From: Bacteroidota bacterium | GTDB lineage: Bacteria; Bacteroidota; Bacteroidia; AKYH767-A; 2013-40CM-41-45 | NCBI GenBank assembly: GCA_031417555.1 | Contig: JANOVV010000112.1 | Location: 45,559-109,558 of the forward strand | Reading direction: 5' to 3' | Length of the DNA: 64,000 nt | In this document: positions 9,834 to 19,560 of the stretch, piece by piece | How positions within the stretch are numbered: the first letter of the stretch is position 1 | How the letters are laid out: each line of letters starts with the position of its first letter | Made by a program: the position numbers and the translations under genes | The notes under the pieces: generated by a model | The model's database searches: none | Seen by the model: only the letters and a program-made list of their open reading frames with translations | What the model was told of the DNA's origin: nothing

Positions 9834-11654
9834 TTACATTCTTTCCGGGACATTAATTCCTAATAAATTCATCGATTCTCTGATTACCGAAGATGTTAGC
9901 TCACTAATTTTCAATCGAAATGAAGAAGTTTCGAGCTGACTTTCGTCGACAATTACATGGTCATGATAAAAATGATTGTATGCTTTAGCTACTTCGTAAA
10001 CATAATTTGCTACCAGGGCCGGACTATAATTTTCTCCTGCTTCTCGCACAGTTTGGGGATATAAATAGATTAAATGAATAAGCGATTTTTCTTCTTTCGA
10101 TAATTTATGAGAGGAAAAATCAGATTCAACTTTTTTTATTGAATTTCCTTTACGCAAAACTGAACGAATTCTTGCATATGTGTATTGTATAAATGGACCT
10201 GTATTTCCATTGAGGTCAATGCTTTCTGCCGGATTAAAAAGCATTCTTTTCTTTGGATCTACTTTTAAAATAAAGTATTTCAAAGCACCCATTCCCAGAG
10301 TGTGATAAAGATCTTTTGCTACTTCGTTATCATAATCGTCGAGTTTGCCTTGTGCTTTGGTAGTCATTTCAGCTTGCTCTACAATTTCTGCAATAAGATC
10401 ATCGCCATCGACAACAGTTCCTTCTCGCGATTTCATTTTTCCGGAAGGAAGATCTACCATTCCGTAGGAAAGATGAAAAAGTCCATCCGCCCATGGGCGA
10501 TTTAGTTTGCGGAATATTTCCCGTAAAACTTTAAAATGATGCTCTTGCTCATTGCCGACGACATAAATTAATTTTTCGAGTCCGGGATAATCATCGAACC
10601 TTAGTTGTGCCGTTCCAATATCCTGAGTAATATATACACTGGTGCCATCGCTGCGTAGAAGAACTTTTTGTTCGAGTCCGGCATCTGTGAGATCGATGCG
10701 TACAGAGCCATCATCGGAGCGAAAAAAAACTTTTTCGGTGAGTCCATTTTCAACCATTTTTTTCCCAAGCAGATACGTGTCGGATTCGTAATAGATTTTA
10801 TCGAAAGAAACACCAAGCTTTTTATAGGTTACTGCAAAACCTTCGTAAACCCAATTGTTCATTGTCTTCCACAAGTCTTTCGTGTGGCTATCGCCTGCTT
10901 CCCATTTTCGAAGCATTTCTTCAATTTCTTTCTGTAGCGGTGCTTTTTTTTCGGCCTCTTCCTTGCTCATTCCATTTTTGATGAGGTCTTCAACTTGCTC
11001 ACGGAATTTTTTATCGAAGAGTACATAATATTTACCCACAAGGTGATCACCTTTCATTCCTGTGGAAGCAGGAGTTTCATTGTTGCCAAATTTTTCCCAG
11101 GCAAGCATTGATTTACAAATATGGATACCACGGTCGTTAACAAGGTTAACCATTACGACTTTATTTCCGTTAGCTTTTAGAATCTGTGAGACAGAAAATC
11201 CTAAAAGGTTGTTACGAATATGTCCGAGGTGTAAAGGTTTATTGGTATTAGGAGAGGAATATTCGACCATCAGATAACCGGGTGGTTTTCCGGCTTGAAT
11301 GGAAGAAGAAGAAAAAAGTAAATTATTATCCGTACTTACAGAGAGGAGAAAGTTTATCCAAAAAGCACTTTCAATTTTGAGGTTTAGAAAACCTTTTACG
11401 ACATTATAACTTTCGAGAGGAAATGTTGATGATTTTATATAATCGCCTATATCGATAGCCGTTGCTTCAGGCGATTTTTTTGAAACTTTTGTCCAGGGAA
11501 AAACAACAAGTGTGACATCGCCTTCAAATTCTTTTTTTGTTTCCTGAAATAGGATTTCGTTAACGGGAACTTCTGTAGTATAAAGGTTTTTGATTGCAAG
11601 AGCAATGACATCTTTCAATGGATTCTCAAACTGAAGAAAATTAATTTCTTTCAT
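9834..11654 (-). CDS. argS: Arginine--tRNA ligase
   Basis: Class I HIGH motif (SPNTNKPLHLGHIRNNLLG); arginyl-tRNA synthetase N-terminal and DALR anticodon-binding regions; 606 aa. Confidence 0.9.
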   Translation of the reverse strand: MKEINFLQFENPLKDVIALAIKNLYTTEVPVNEILFQETKKEFEGDVTLVVFPWTKVSKKSPEATAIDIGDYIKSSTFPLESYNVVKGFLNLKIESAFWINFLLSVSTDNNLLFSSSSIQAGKPPGYLMVEYSSPNTNKPLHLGHIRNNLLGFSVSQILKANGNKVVMVNLVNDRGIHICKSMLAWEKFGNNETPASTGMKGDHLVGKYYVLFDKKFREQVEDLIKNGMSKEEAEKKAPLQKEIEEMLRKWEAGDSHTKDLWKTMNNWVYEGFAVTYKKLGVSFDKIYYESDTYLLGKKMVENGLTEKVFFRSDDGSVRIDLTDAGLEQKVLLRSDGTSVYITQDIGTAQLRFDDYPGLEKLIYVVGNEQEHHFKVLREIFRKLNRPWADGLFHLSYGMVDLPSGKMKSREGTVVDGDDLIAEIVEQAEMTTKAQGKLDDYDNEVAKDLYHTLGMGALKYFILKVDPKKRMLFNPAESIDLNGNTGPFIQYTYARIRSVLRKGNSIKKVESDFSSHKLSKEEKSLIHLIYLYPQTVREAGENYSPALVANYVYEVAKAYNHFYHDHVIVDESQLETSSFRLKISELTSSVIRESMNLLGINVPERM

Positions 11655-11656
11655 AA

Positions 11657-12601
11657 TTAAGTAGTGAGCTGGCTTACGACTCGTTGGAGAATTTCAAAGG
11701 TATTCTCAGCCATGAGATTTTCTTTATCAAGGGTTGGGTTTACTTCGGCTATTTCGAAACAGACGACGCGTTCATTTTGGATAAGTCGAACAAGAAGACT
11801 TCCGGCTTCTTTTTCGGTGATACCATTTCTTACGGGTGTTCCGGTTCCTTTACTGATGGATGAATCCATTGAATCTACATCGAAAGAAATATAGATATTG
11901 TGGCAACGGTTAAGATGAGCAAGGGCGTCGCGGGCAATCTTCTCCACTCCATTGCGCTTCACTTCATTGGTACTAAAAGTTTTCACCTTGTGTTTCTTTA
12001 ACAGATAAGATTCTTCCGGTTCAACATCGCGGATGCCGATATAAACGATATCGCTGTATTCTATTTTAGGCGAAATGTTTCCGATTTTTTTAATTCTTGA
12101 CCAATATTCGAGTGTCTCTTTATCGGGTTTATTCATTTTGTTTTGGGAATTATCTTCGCCCAGAACAGCGGCCAAAGGCATACCATGCATATTCCCGGAA
12201 GGACTCGTCCATGGAGAGTGAAGATCAGCATGAGCATCGATCCAAATCACTCCGAGGCGTTGTTTTGGGTAAGCCATGCGAATACCCGAAATGGTTCCGG
12301 CAGAAGTACTATGGTCGCCGGCCAGAATAATCGGAAACTCATTATTTTTAAGAGAAGTTTTTACCAGATTGGCGGTACGTTCGAGAATGGCGAGCAGTCC
12401 TTTTATCCTTTTGGCATAAAGACTTCCGGTTGATTCGAAGAGTAGCTGATTTTCTACCTGGACTTCAATTGACTCTATTTTCCGGAACAGATTACTTCCA
12501 TAATCGAGGGCGGCAATCTTAATAGCATCGGGTCCCATGCTGGCGCCACGCGTGCCTGCACCTATTTCGGACTTCACTTCGATGAATCTGATTTTTTTCA
12601 T
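11657..12601 (-). CDS. Arginase/agmatinase (ureohydrolase) family protein; an agmatinase role is suggested by the neighbouring decarboxylase
   Basis: Binuclear Mn motifs LAGDHSTSAG, WIDAHADLH and SFDVDSMD; 314 aa; the stop overlaps the argS start (ATGA at 11654-11657). Confidence 0.75.
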   Translation of the reverse strand: MKKIRFIEVKSEIGAGTRGASMGPDAIKIAALDYGSNLFRKIESIEVQVENQLLFESTGSLYAKRIKGLLAILERTANLVKTSLKNNEFPIILAGDHSTSAGTISGIRMAYPKQRLGVIWIDAHADLHSPWTSPSGNMHGMPLAAVLGEDNSQNKMNKPDKETLEYWSRIKKIGNISPKIEYSDIVYIGIRDVEPEESYLLKKHKVKTFSTNEVKRNGVEKIARDALAHLNRCHNIYISFDVDSMDSSISKGTGTPVRNGITEKEAGSLLVRLIQNERVVCFEIAEVNPTLDKENLMAENTFEILQRVVSQLTT

Positions 12602-12662
12602 TCTTATTTTAAGTTTATTTCAAGATAAAAATATTTTTTACAACGTAGTCAATAAAAGTAAG

Positions 12663-12707
12663 TTACTTACATTAGCAAAAAACTAACGATCCGTCTTACT
12701 TACATTA
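12663..12707. promoter_or_regulatory. Two perfect 12-bp direct repeats (TTACTTACATTA) in the divergent promoter region
   Basis: Copies at 12663-12674 and 12696-12707, spaced 33 bp, between the arginase-family gene and the SpeA-like gene. Confidence 0.35.
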
Positions 12708-12741
12708 ACGGATTTTCAATTAACCATTTACCTCATCACAG

Positions 12742-14145
12742 ATGAAGAACACCTACCGCGATCTGATCGAACAGACGTTTTACTTTCCTCAGGAAGGATT
12801 TGAAGTAATCGATAATCAACTTCACTTTTATGGAATTGATCTTATGGATATTATAAAACAATACGGAACACCATTAAAGATTACTTACCTGCCTAAAATT
12901 GGATCGCAAATTAAGAAAGCAAAACGGATTTTCAATGTTGCTATCGCTAAAGCCGATTATAAAGGAAGTTATACGTATTGTTATTGTACGAAAAGTTCTC
13001 ATTTCAGTTATATTCTCCATGAGGCATTAAAACATGATATTCATCTGGAAACATCATCTGCCTTTGACATACCTATTGTTCGTTCATTATTTGCCGAGAA
13101 AAAGATCAATAAGAGTGTTTATATAATATGCAATGGCTATAAACGACCACAGTATATTGAAAACATTGTAGATCTTATTAATGATGGCTTTGAAAATGTT
13201 ATACCGGTTCTCGACAGCATTAATGAGCTCCCACATTATGAAAAGAAAATTAAGGGAAGGAAAAAAGTAAAAGTTGGAATTCGTATAGCTGCGGAAGAAG
13301 AACCGAATTTTGAATTTTATACTTCCCGATTAGGTATCCGATACGATAAAATTAAGGACTATTACCTTAAACATTTAAAGAAAAGTACTCGTTTTCAGCT
13401 TAAAATGCTTCATTTTTTCATTAATACAGGCATTAAAGACACAGCATATTACTGGAGTGAGCTCAATAAATGCGTTGAAGTTTACTGTGAGCTGAAAAAA
13501 GTTTGCCCTAGCTTGGATTCATTGGATATTGGAGGCGGATGGCCAATCAGAAAAACGCTCGGTTTTGAATATGATTATGAATACATGGCTGAACAAATTA
13601 TCAAGCAGATAAAGACAGCATGCAGGGCTCAGGGAGTTGATGAACCCAATATCTTTACTGAATTCGGAAGCTTTACGGTAGCAGAAAGCGGTGCAACTTT
13701 GTTTTCGGTAGTTGAGACTAAACAACAAAATGATAATGAGTTATGGTATATGATTGATAGTTCTTTTATCACTGCTTTGCCTGATACGTGGGGCATTAAA
13801 CAAAAGTTTATACTCCTTGCCATCAATCACTGGGATAAGGAAAATACACGTATTAATATTGGCGGTTTGACTTGTGACAGCGATGATTATTACAATACTG
13901 AGTCTCATGTAAACCAGGTTTATCTTCCGGAAGAAAACAATTTGACAAAGGATCCATTATACATTGGCTTTTTTCATACGGGGGCTTATCAGGAAAGTAT
14001 CGGAGGTTATGGAGGGATTCAACATTGTCTGGTACCGGCACCGAAGGTTGTAATTATAGATCGTGACGAAGAAGGAGAACTGACCACCAGGCTTTTTGCA
14101 AAAGAACAGAGTGCAAAGAGTATGTTAAAGATATTGGGCTATTAA
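12742..14145 (+). CDS. PLP-dependent Orn/DAP/Arg decarboxylase family enzyme; short SpeA-like, probably arginine decarboxylase
   Basis: The N-terminal region aligns by eye to biosynthetic arginine decarboxylase (YGTPLKITYLPKIG...YKGSYTYCYCTKSSHFSYILHEAL...HLETSS). 467 aa. Divergent from the arginase-family gene. Confidence 0.65.
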   Translation: MKNTYRDLIEQTFYFPQEGFEVIDNQLHFYGIDLMDIIKQYGTPLKITYLPKIGSQIKKAKRIFNVAIAKADYKGSYTYCYCTKSSHFSYILHEALKHDIHLETSSAFDIPIVRSLFAEKKINKSVYIICNGYKRPQYIENIVDLINDGFENVIPVLDSINELPHYEKKIKGRKKVKVGIRIAAEEEPNFEFYTSRLGIRYDKIKDYYLKHLKKSTRFQLKMLHFFINTGIKDTAYYWSELNKCVEVYCELKKVCPSLDSLDIGGGWPIRKTLGFEYDYEYMAEQIIKQIKTACRAQGVDEPNIFTEFGSFTVAESGATLFSVVETKQQNDNELWYMIDSSFITALPDTWGIKQKFILLAINHWDKENTRINIGGLTCDSDDYYNTESHVNQVYLPEENNLTKDPLYIGFFHTGAYQESIGGYGGIQHCLVPAPKVVIIDRDEEGELTTRLFAKEQSAKSMLKILGY

Positions 14146-14212
14146 TAAAAGTTAGAAAATGAAAAATTAGTTGGTACTGCCAATCTAATAATAGGAAGCA
14201 TACTTACATATT

Positions 14213-15268
14213 TTAAAGAAACTCCACCTCAGTTCCGCCATATCCGAATTTTTCCTGCGGAGCTTCTGCAAAACGGATATTCGGGAAACGTTTTAACTCT
14301 TCTCGAATAGAGCTTCTTAACACACCATTTCCCACTCCGTGGATGAATGTAATTTTATGAAATTTGTTTAGTAAGGCCTGATCCATTTCATAAAGGAAAT
14401 AATTCAGCTGATAAGAAATTATTTGTGAATTATTCATAGACGAATGGTCTTTGACCAGTTCTTCTATGTGCAGATCAACAACTTTCTGACGGGTAAGCAC
14501 TGTAAATTTTTCCTGTTTGCCTTTACCTTTGGAAGCAGCATTTCTTTTTTCTTCTTCGTCAGCATCTTTTTTAAATTTTTCAAGAAGCTTTGATACATCT
14601 ATATTGTCAGGGGAAGAAAAAACGTATAGAGGCATTAACAAAACTGTATCATCCTTTTGATAAAAAAGTTTTCTGAATTCAGTATTTAGGAAATCCGAAG
14701 AGCTGAATTGTAAACTTTTTACTGCCGGAGGCCGGGGTTTGTATTCATTTTCACCAAAAAATAGAAACTGAAATTCAAAGCCTTCAAATCGGTGTAGTTC
14801 GTCTTGTGAAAATATACCAATGAACTCTTCAGTCCTTGGTTTGAGTTGTCCTTTACTTAATCCGGAACGAATATCTTCATGTCGTCTGGAAGTTGTGAAG
14901 CAAATTGAATAGGTTGTATTATTAATGATGTGTAATTCAATGTCAGTTGTGAGCGGACTTTTTTCATTCATTAAACGAACAGCGGCATAAATAGTATTAT
15001 CGATTTCGAGTGATTGAATAAAATCATTAGAATTTTTTTGAAAAGAAATAATTTTACTTTCCTCTGACAATTCTATTTGACTATGTTGTTCTTCGAAGTG
15101 CCTTTCATCAAGAACAAGTTCAATCAAAACAAGATGTTTTTCATCGCTGATATGTGTAAATCCATGAGAGTCTGTTACTTCCACTTTCTCATTGCTGAGA
15201 ATGCGAGAAATTGTTCCTTCAATTGCTTCGTTTAAAAAACGAACAGTATCACCGATCTTGAGTTTCAC
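14213..15268 (-). CDS. Smr domain-containing protein (DUF2027-like)
   Basis: C-terminal Smr-like segment (VDLHIEEL...ITFIHGVGNGVLRSSIREELKRF). Confidence 0.55.
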   Translation of the reverse strand: MKLKIGDTVRFLNEAIEGTISRILSNEKVEVTDSHGFTHISDEKHLVLIELVLDERHFEEQHSQIELSEESKIISFQKNSNDFIQSLEIDNTIYAAVRLMNEKSPLTTDIELHIINNTTYSICFTTSRRHEDIRSGLSKGQLKPRTEEFIGIFSQDELHRFEGFEFQFLFFGENEYKPRPPAVKSLQFSSSDFLNTEFRKLFYQKDDTVLLMPLYVFSSPDNIDVSKLLEKFKKDADEEEKRNAASKGKGKQEKFTVLTRQKVVDLHIEELVKDHSSMNNSQIISYQLNYFLYEMDQALLNKFHKITFIHGVGNGVLRSSIREELKRFPNIRFAEAPQEKFGYGGTEVEFL

Positions 15269-15464
15269 ATTCTGTGGTTAAAATGAAATGAAAAGTAAAA
15301 TTAATAGTTTTTATTGTTAACAGTAACATACAATCAATTTTTTTGTGAAATTTGTAACAGATTAACGATCGTAAAAGTTTTAATAGAATTTTTTAAATTA
15401 AATAGCACCATCCTACATTTAAGTATTTCCTTTTAAACTTTTTTAATAAACTTTCAATCTTGTA

Positions 15465-16112
15465 ATGGATTTCATTCAACAGATTATTGATTTTATACTT
15501 CATATTGATAAACATCTTTTTGAGATAGTTCAACAATACGATAAAGTTACATACTTAATTCTTGCCTTGATCATTTTTTGTGAAACAGGTTTAATTGTTA
15601 CTCCATTTTTACCTGGAGATTCACTTTTATTTGCAGCCGGAGCTTTAGCCGGAGCGGGATTATTACACTTGGGCCTTTTAATGATAATTCTATTTTCAGC
15701 AGCTATAATTGGTGATAATTTAAATTTTGCAGTCGGAAATTTTATTGGCCATCGCCTGATAGAATCTAAGAAGAAGTGGATTAAAAGAGAATACCTGGAT
15801 AGAACCCATAAATTTTATGAGAAACATGGAGGTAAAACGGTAATCATAGCCCGATTTGTACCAATTGTAAGGACCTTTGCTCCGTTTGTTGCGGGTTTGG
15901 GAAGTATGGTCTACAAACGGTTTATACTTTTTTGCATTACCGGAAATTTATTATGGATTGGAATATTTACTCTGGCAGGATATGCATTTGGAAATAATCA
16001 ATGGGTAAAAGAGCATTTCTCTTTAGTCACTTTGGGAATAATTGGATTATCTGTCTTGCCAATAATTATAGGATTAATCAAATCAAGATTTAATAAAAAT
16101 GAGCATTCTTAA
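15465..16112 (+). CDS. DedA / VTT-domain family membrane protein
   Basis: GLIVTPFLPGDSLLFAAGALAG motif; multi-TM; 215 aa. Confidence 0.8.
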   Translation: MDFIQQIIDFILHIDKHLFEIVQQYDKVTYLILALIIFCETGLIVTPFLPGDSLLFAAGALAGAGLLHLGLLMIILFSAAIIGDNLNFAVGNFIGHRLIESKKKWIKREYLDRTHKFYEKHGGKTVIIARFVPIVRTFAPFVAGLGSMVYKRFILFCITGNLLWIGIFTLAGYAFGNNQWVKEHFSLVTLGIIGLSVLPIIIGLIKSRFNKNEHS

Positions 16113-16140
16113 TATAATTTAAACATTTAATAACAATACA

Positions 16141-16905
16141 ATGAAACGTTATGGTTTATTTGGTCATCCTTTGGAGCATTCTTATTCACGTAAGTTTTTT
16201 ACGGAAAAATTTCAACGAGAAGAACGGGATGATTGTGAGTACGAAAATTATGATACAGAAAATATCTATGATTTAAAAAAAATCATCCGCGAGGTACCTG
16301 AATTAATCGGATTAAATGTAACTAGTCCGTTTAAACAAGATATTATTCCAATGTTGGATAATCTTGACGATATATCACAAAAAATCGGTGCGGTAAATAC
16401 GATTCGAATTGTAAGAACAGATGATACTAAATTCGAACTTTTCGGTTATAATACTGATGCCTGGGGATTTGAACTAGCCATTCGTCCTATTTTACGACCG
16501 CATCATCGACGTGCTTTAATACTTGGAACAGGTGGCTCTGCAAAAGCAGTCAGTTATGTTTTTAGAAAACTTAACATTGAACATTTCTTTGTTACAAGAG
16601 AAGAATCAAGATTCCATTATTCCTATGCCGATTTGAATTCGAATACAATGAGGGCGTTTCAGATTGTTGTAAATACAACTCCGTTGGGAATGTATCCTAA
16701 CGTAAACGAATGTCCGAATATACCTTATGAATTTCTGACTCATAAAAATCTTCTTTTTGATTTGGTTTATAATCCGGCTCAGACGAAGTTTTTAGAAAAA
16801 GGAAAAGAAGCCGGCGCTTTTATACATAACGGTTTCCGCATGCTCAGACTGCAAGCAGAAAAATCGTGGGAAATTTGGAATGAACCAATTTTTGCCCAGC
16901 AATAG
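16141..16905 (+). CDS. aroE: Shikimate 5-dehydrogenase
   Basis: GHPLEHSYS, NVTSPFK, GAVNT, GYNTDAWGF and GTGGSAKAV motifs. Confidence 0.8.
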   Translation: MKRYGLFGHPLEHSYSRKFFTEKFQREERDDCEYENYDTENIYDLKKIIREVPELIGLNVTSPFKQDIIPMLDNLDDISQKIGAVNTIRIVRTDDTKFELFGYNTDAWGFELAIRPILRPHHRRALILGTGGSAKAVSYVFRKLNIEHFFVTREESRFHYSYADLNSNTMRAFQIVVNTTPLGMYPNVNECPNIPYEFLTHKNLLFDLVYNPAQTKFLEKGKEAGAFIHNGFRMLRLQAEKSWEIWNEPIFAQQ

Positions 16906-17030
16906 TTATTGGTTATTAGTAATTTGTTAATGATTAATTATATATTGGAATTGTCTTTTAAAATAGAATCTATTAGACTAATAACTATTTACAAATAACC
17001 ATTAACTAATTTCTAATAACTACCAACCAA

Positions 17031-19049
17031 TTGCCTTTCCAAATTACATCAGACTTTCAGCCAACCGGAGATCAGCCGGAGGCTATAGAGCAACTGACTG
17101 CAGGAGTGCTTCGTGGCGATCATGCGCAAACATTGCTTGGTGTTACCGGCTCAGGAAAAACTTTTACGATTGCCAATGTAGTTGAGAGAATTCAACGACC
17201 GACACTTGTATTAAGTCATAATAAGACTCTTGCAGCTCAATTATACGGTGAGTTCAAGCAATTTTTTCCGAAAAATGCTGTAGAATATTTTGTTTCATAT
17301 TACGATTACTATCAGCCGGAAGCATTTATTCCAAAAACAAATACATATATAGAAAAAGATCTTTCTATAAACGATGAAATTGAGAAGCTTCGTTTAAGTA
17401 CTACTACTTCCCTCCTTTCAGGCCGTTCCGATGTTTTAGTTGTTAGTTCAGTTTCGTGTATTTATGGCATTGGAAATCCTGCCGACTTTAAAGAGAATAT
17501 TATTGTTGTTAAAGAAGGTGAACGAATGGGCAGGAATGCTTTTTTGCATAAGCTTGTAACTTCGCTTTATTCACGGACAGAAATCGAATTTAACAGAGGA
17601 AAGTTCCGTGTAAAAGGTGATACTGTTGATGTATTTATTGCTTATGGAGATACTGCTTACCGATTTAGTTTTTTTGGTGATACAATTGAGGAAATAACAA
17701 CTATCGATCCTATATCAGGAAAAACAATTGAGAAAAATCCAGCAGTAACAATTTATCCTGCCAATATTTTTGTAACCAGCCCTGACCGTCAGCTTCAGGC
17801 TATCTGGAATATTCAGGAAGATATGGTTAAGCAAGTGGATTACATGAAATCACTTGGCCAACACCTCGAAGCGAAGCGACTGGAAGACAGAGTTACGTAT
17901 GATCTGGAAATGATTCGCGAACTTGGATATTGTTCGGGCATCGAAAATTATTCGAGATATTTCGATGGACGTGAAAAAGGCGCACGTCCCTTCTGTCTGT
18001 TAGATTTTTTCCCGGATAATTATCTCATGGTTATCGATGAAAGTCATGCTACTCTTCCACAGGTAAGGGCCATGTATGGTGGTGATCGATCAAGGAAGCA
18101 AAACCTGGTCGAATATGGTTTTCGATTACCTGCAGCCCTTGATAATCGCCCTCTGAAATTTGAAGAATTTGAAAGCCTTGTTAAACAAGTAATTTATGTT
18201 AGCGCCACTCCTGCCGACTATGAATTGCAAAGAAGTGAAGGAATTTTAGTCGAGCAAGTTATTCGTCCTACGGGATTGTTGGATCCTGCTATTGAAATTA
18301 GGCCGAGTAAAAATCAGGTTGATGATTTACTGGAAGAAATTGATAAGACCGTAAAAGCGGGGAATCGTGTACTGGTTACCACGCTGACAAAAAGAATGTC
18401 GGAGGAGTTGACAAAGTATATGAGCCGATTAAATATTAATTGCCGTTACATACATTCTGAAGTACAAACACTGGATCGTGTAGAGATTTTGCGTGACTTA
18501 CGCCTCGGAAAGATTGATGTACTTATTGGAATAAATCTTTTACGCGAAGGGCTCGATTTGCCGGAAGTGTCGCTGGTAGCTGTTCTTGATGCAGATAAAG
18601 AAGGATTTTTACGCAGTAGCCGATCCTTAACACAAACAGCGGGACGTGCCGCAAGAAATGTGAATGGAAGAGTAATTTTTTATGCTGATAATATTACCGA
18701 AAGTATGCGTAGAACTATCGATGAGACTAATCGGCGACGCGAAAAACAAGCTGAGTATAATACAAAACATGGAATTACACCTACACAGATAATTCGTTCA
18801 ACGGAAAGTATTATGAATCAGACGACGGTGATGGATAGAAAATATATTGAGCCAAAAGCTTATATAGAAAGCGAACACATTAATATGGCTGCTGATCCTG
18901 TTGTAAAATATATGGGACAGGATGAATTGAAAAAACTGATTAGTCAAACAAAAAAATCTATGGAGCGAGCTGCAAAAGAATTGGATTTCGTTGAAGCGGC
19001 AAGATTGAGGGATGAAATGTATGGATTGGAGAAGCTATTGAAAGTGTAA
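17031..19049 (+). CDS. uvrB: Excinuclease ABC subunit B
   Basis: N-terminal SDFQPTGDQPEAI; Walker A GVTGSGKTF; helicase motifs; C-terminal UVR domain (EAARLRDEM); 672 aa. Confidence 0.9.
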   Translation: MPFQITSDFQPTGDQPEAIEQLTAGVLRGDHAQTLLGVTGSGKTFTIANVVERIQRPTLVLSHNKTLAAQLYGEFKQFFPKNAVEYFVSYYDYYQPEAFIPKTNTYIEKDLSINDEIEKLRLSTTTSLLSGRSDVLVVSSVSCIYGIGNPADFKENIIVVKEGERMGRNAFLHKLVTSLYSRTEIEFNRGKFRVKGDTVDVFIAYGDTAYRFSFFGDTIEEITTIDPISGKTIEKNPAVTIYPANIFVTSPDRQLQAIWNIQEDMVKQVDYMKSLGQHLEAKRLEDRVTYDLEMIRELGYCSGIENYSRYFDGREKGARPFCLLDFFPDNYLMVIDESHATLPQVRAMYGGDRSRKQNLVEYGFRLPAALDNRPLKFEEFESLVKQVIYVSATPADYELQRSEGILVEQVIRPTGLLDPAIEIRPSKNQVDDLLEEIDKTVKAGNRVLVTTLTKRMSEELTKYMSRLNINCRYIHSEVQTLDRVEILRDLRLGKIDVLIGINLLREGLDLPEVSLVAVLDADKEGFLRSSRSLTQTAGRAARNVNGRVIFYADNITESMRRTIDETNRRREKQAEYNTKHGITPTQIIRSTESIMNQTTVMDRKYIEPKAYIESEHINMAADPVVKYMGQDELKKLISQTKKSMERAAKELDFVEAARLRDEMYGLEKLLKV

Positions 19050-19059
19050 ACTGAATTTT

Positions 19060-19095
19060 GTATCAAGTATCATGTATCAAGTATCAAGTATCATG
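19060..19095. repeat. Heptanucleotide microsatellite (GTATCAA/GTATCAT, 5 copies)
   Basis: gtatcaagtatcatgtatcaagtatcaagtatcatg, between uvrB and the rhodanese gene. Confidence 0.6.
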
Positions 19096-19187
19096 ATATA
19101 TAAAAGAAGATGCATAATCATTTTGTTATGAATGGTGTTTCTTTTAATTTTTATAACTTATAGCATTGTAAATAAATAGGTAAACAT

Positions 19188-19505
19188 ATGAAAGAAATAT
19201 CTGTTCGGGAATTAAAGAAAAAGATTGACGATAAAGAAGATTTTCAATTGATTGATGTTCGTGAAGAGTATGAATATGATATATGTAATCTGAAAGGTGA
19301 ATTAATTCCTATGGCTTTTGTCTTGGATAATGCAGATAAAATATCGCGTGATAAACCGGTAGTTATTCATTGTAAATCTGGAAGACGCAGCGCTGTTATA
19401 ATCAACGAGCTTGAAAAAAAGTTTGGCTTTACTAATTTGTATAATTTAAAGGGTGGAATTTTGGAATACGCACAAGAAATTGATCCCTCTTTGGAGCAAT
19501 ATTAA
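19188..19505 (+). CDS. Single-domain rhodanese (sulfurtransferase)
   Basis: Active-site loop VVIHCKSGRRS; 105 aa. Confidence 0.75.
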   Translation: MKEISVRELKKKIDDKEDFQLIDVREEYEYDICNLKGELIPMAFVLDNADKISRDKPVVIHCKSGRRSAVIINELEKKFGFTNLYNLKGGILEYAQEIDPSLEQY

Positions 19506-19560
19506 TTATACTCTTTTTTATGCAACACGGATTGAATGGAATAAACAGATAAATTTTATC

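Noticed and set aside
19060-19095. Possible CRISPR array
   Set aside because: There are only 7-bp units, directly tandem with no spacers. No CRISPR-length repeats occur anywhere in the window.
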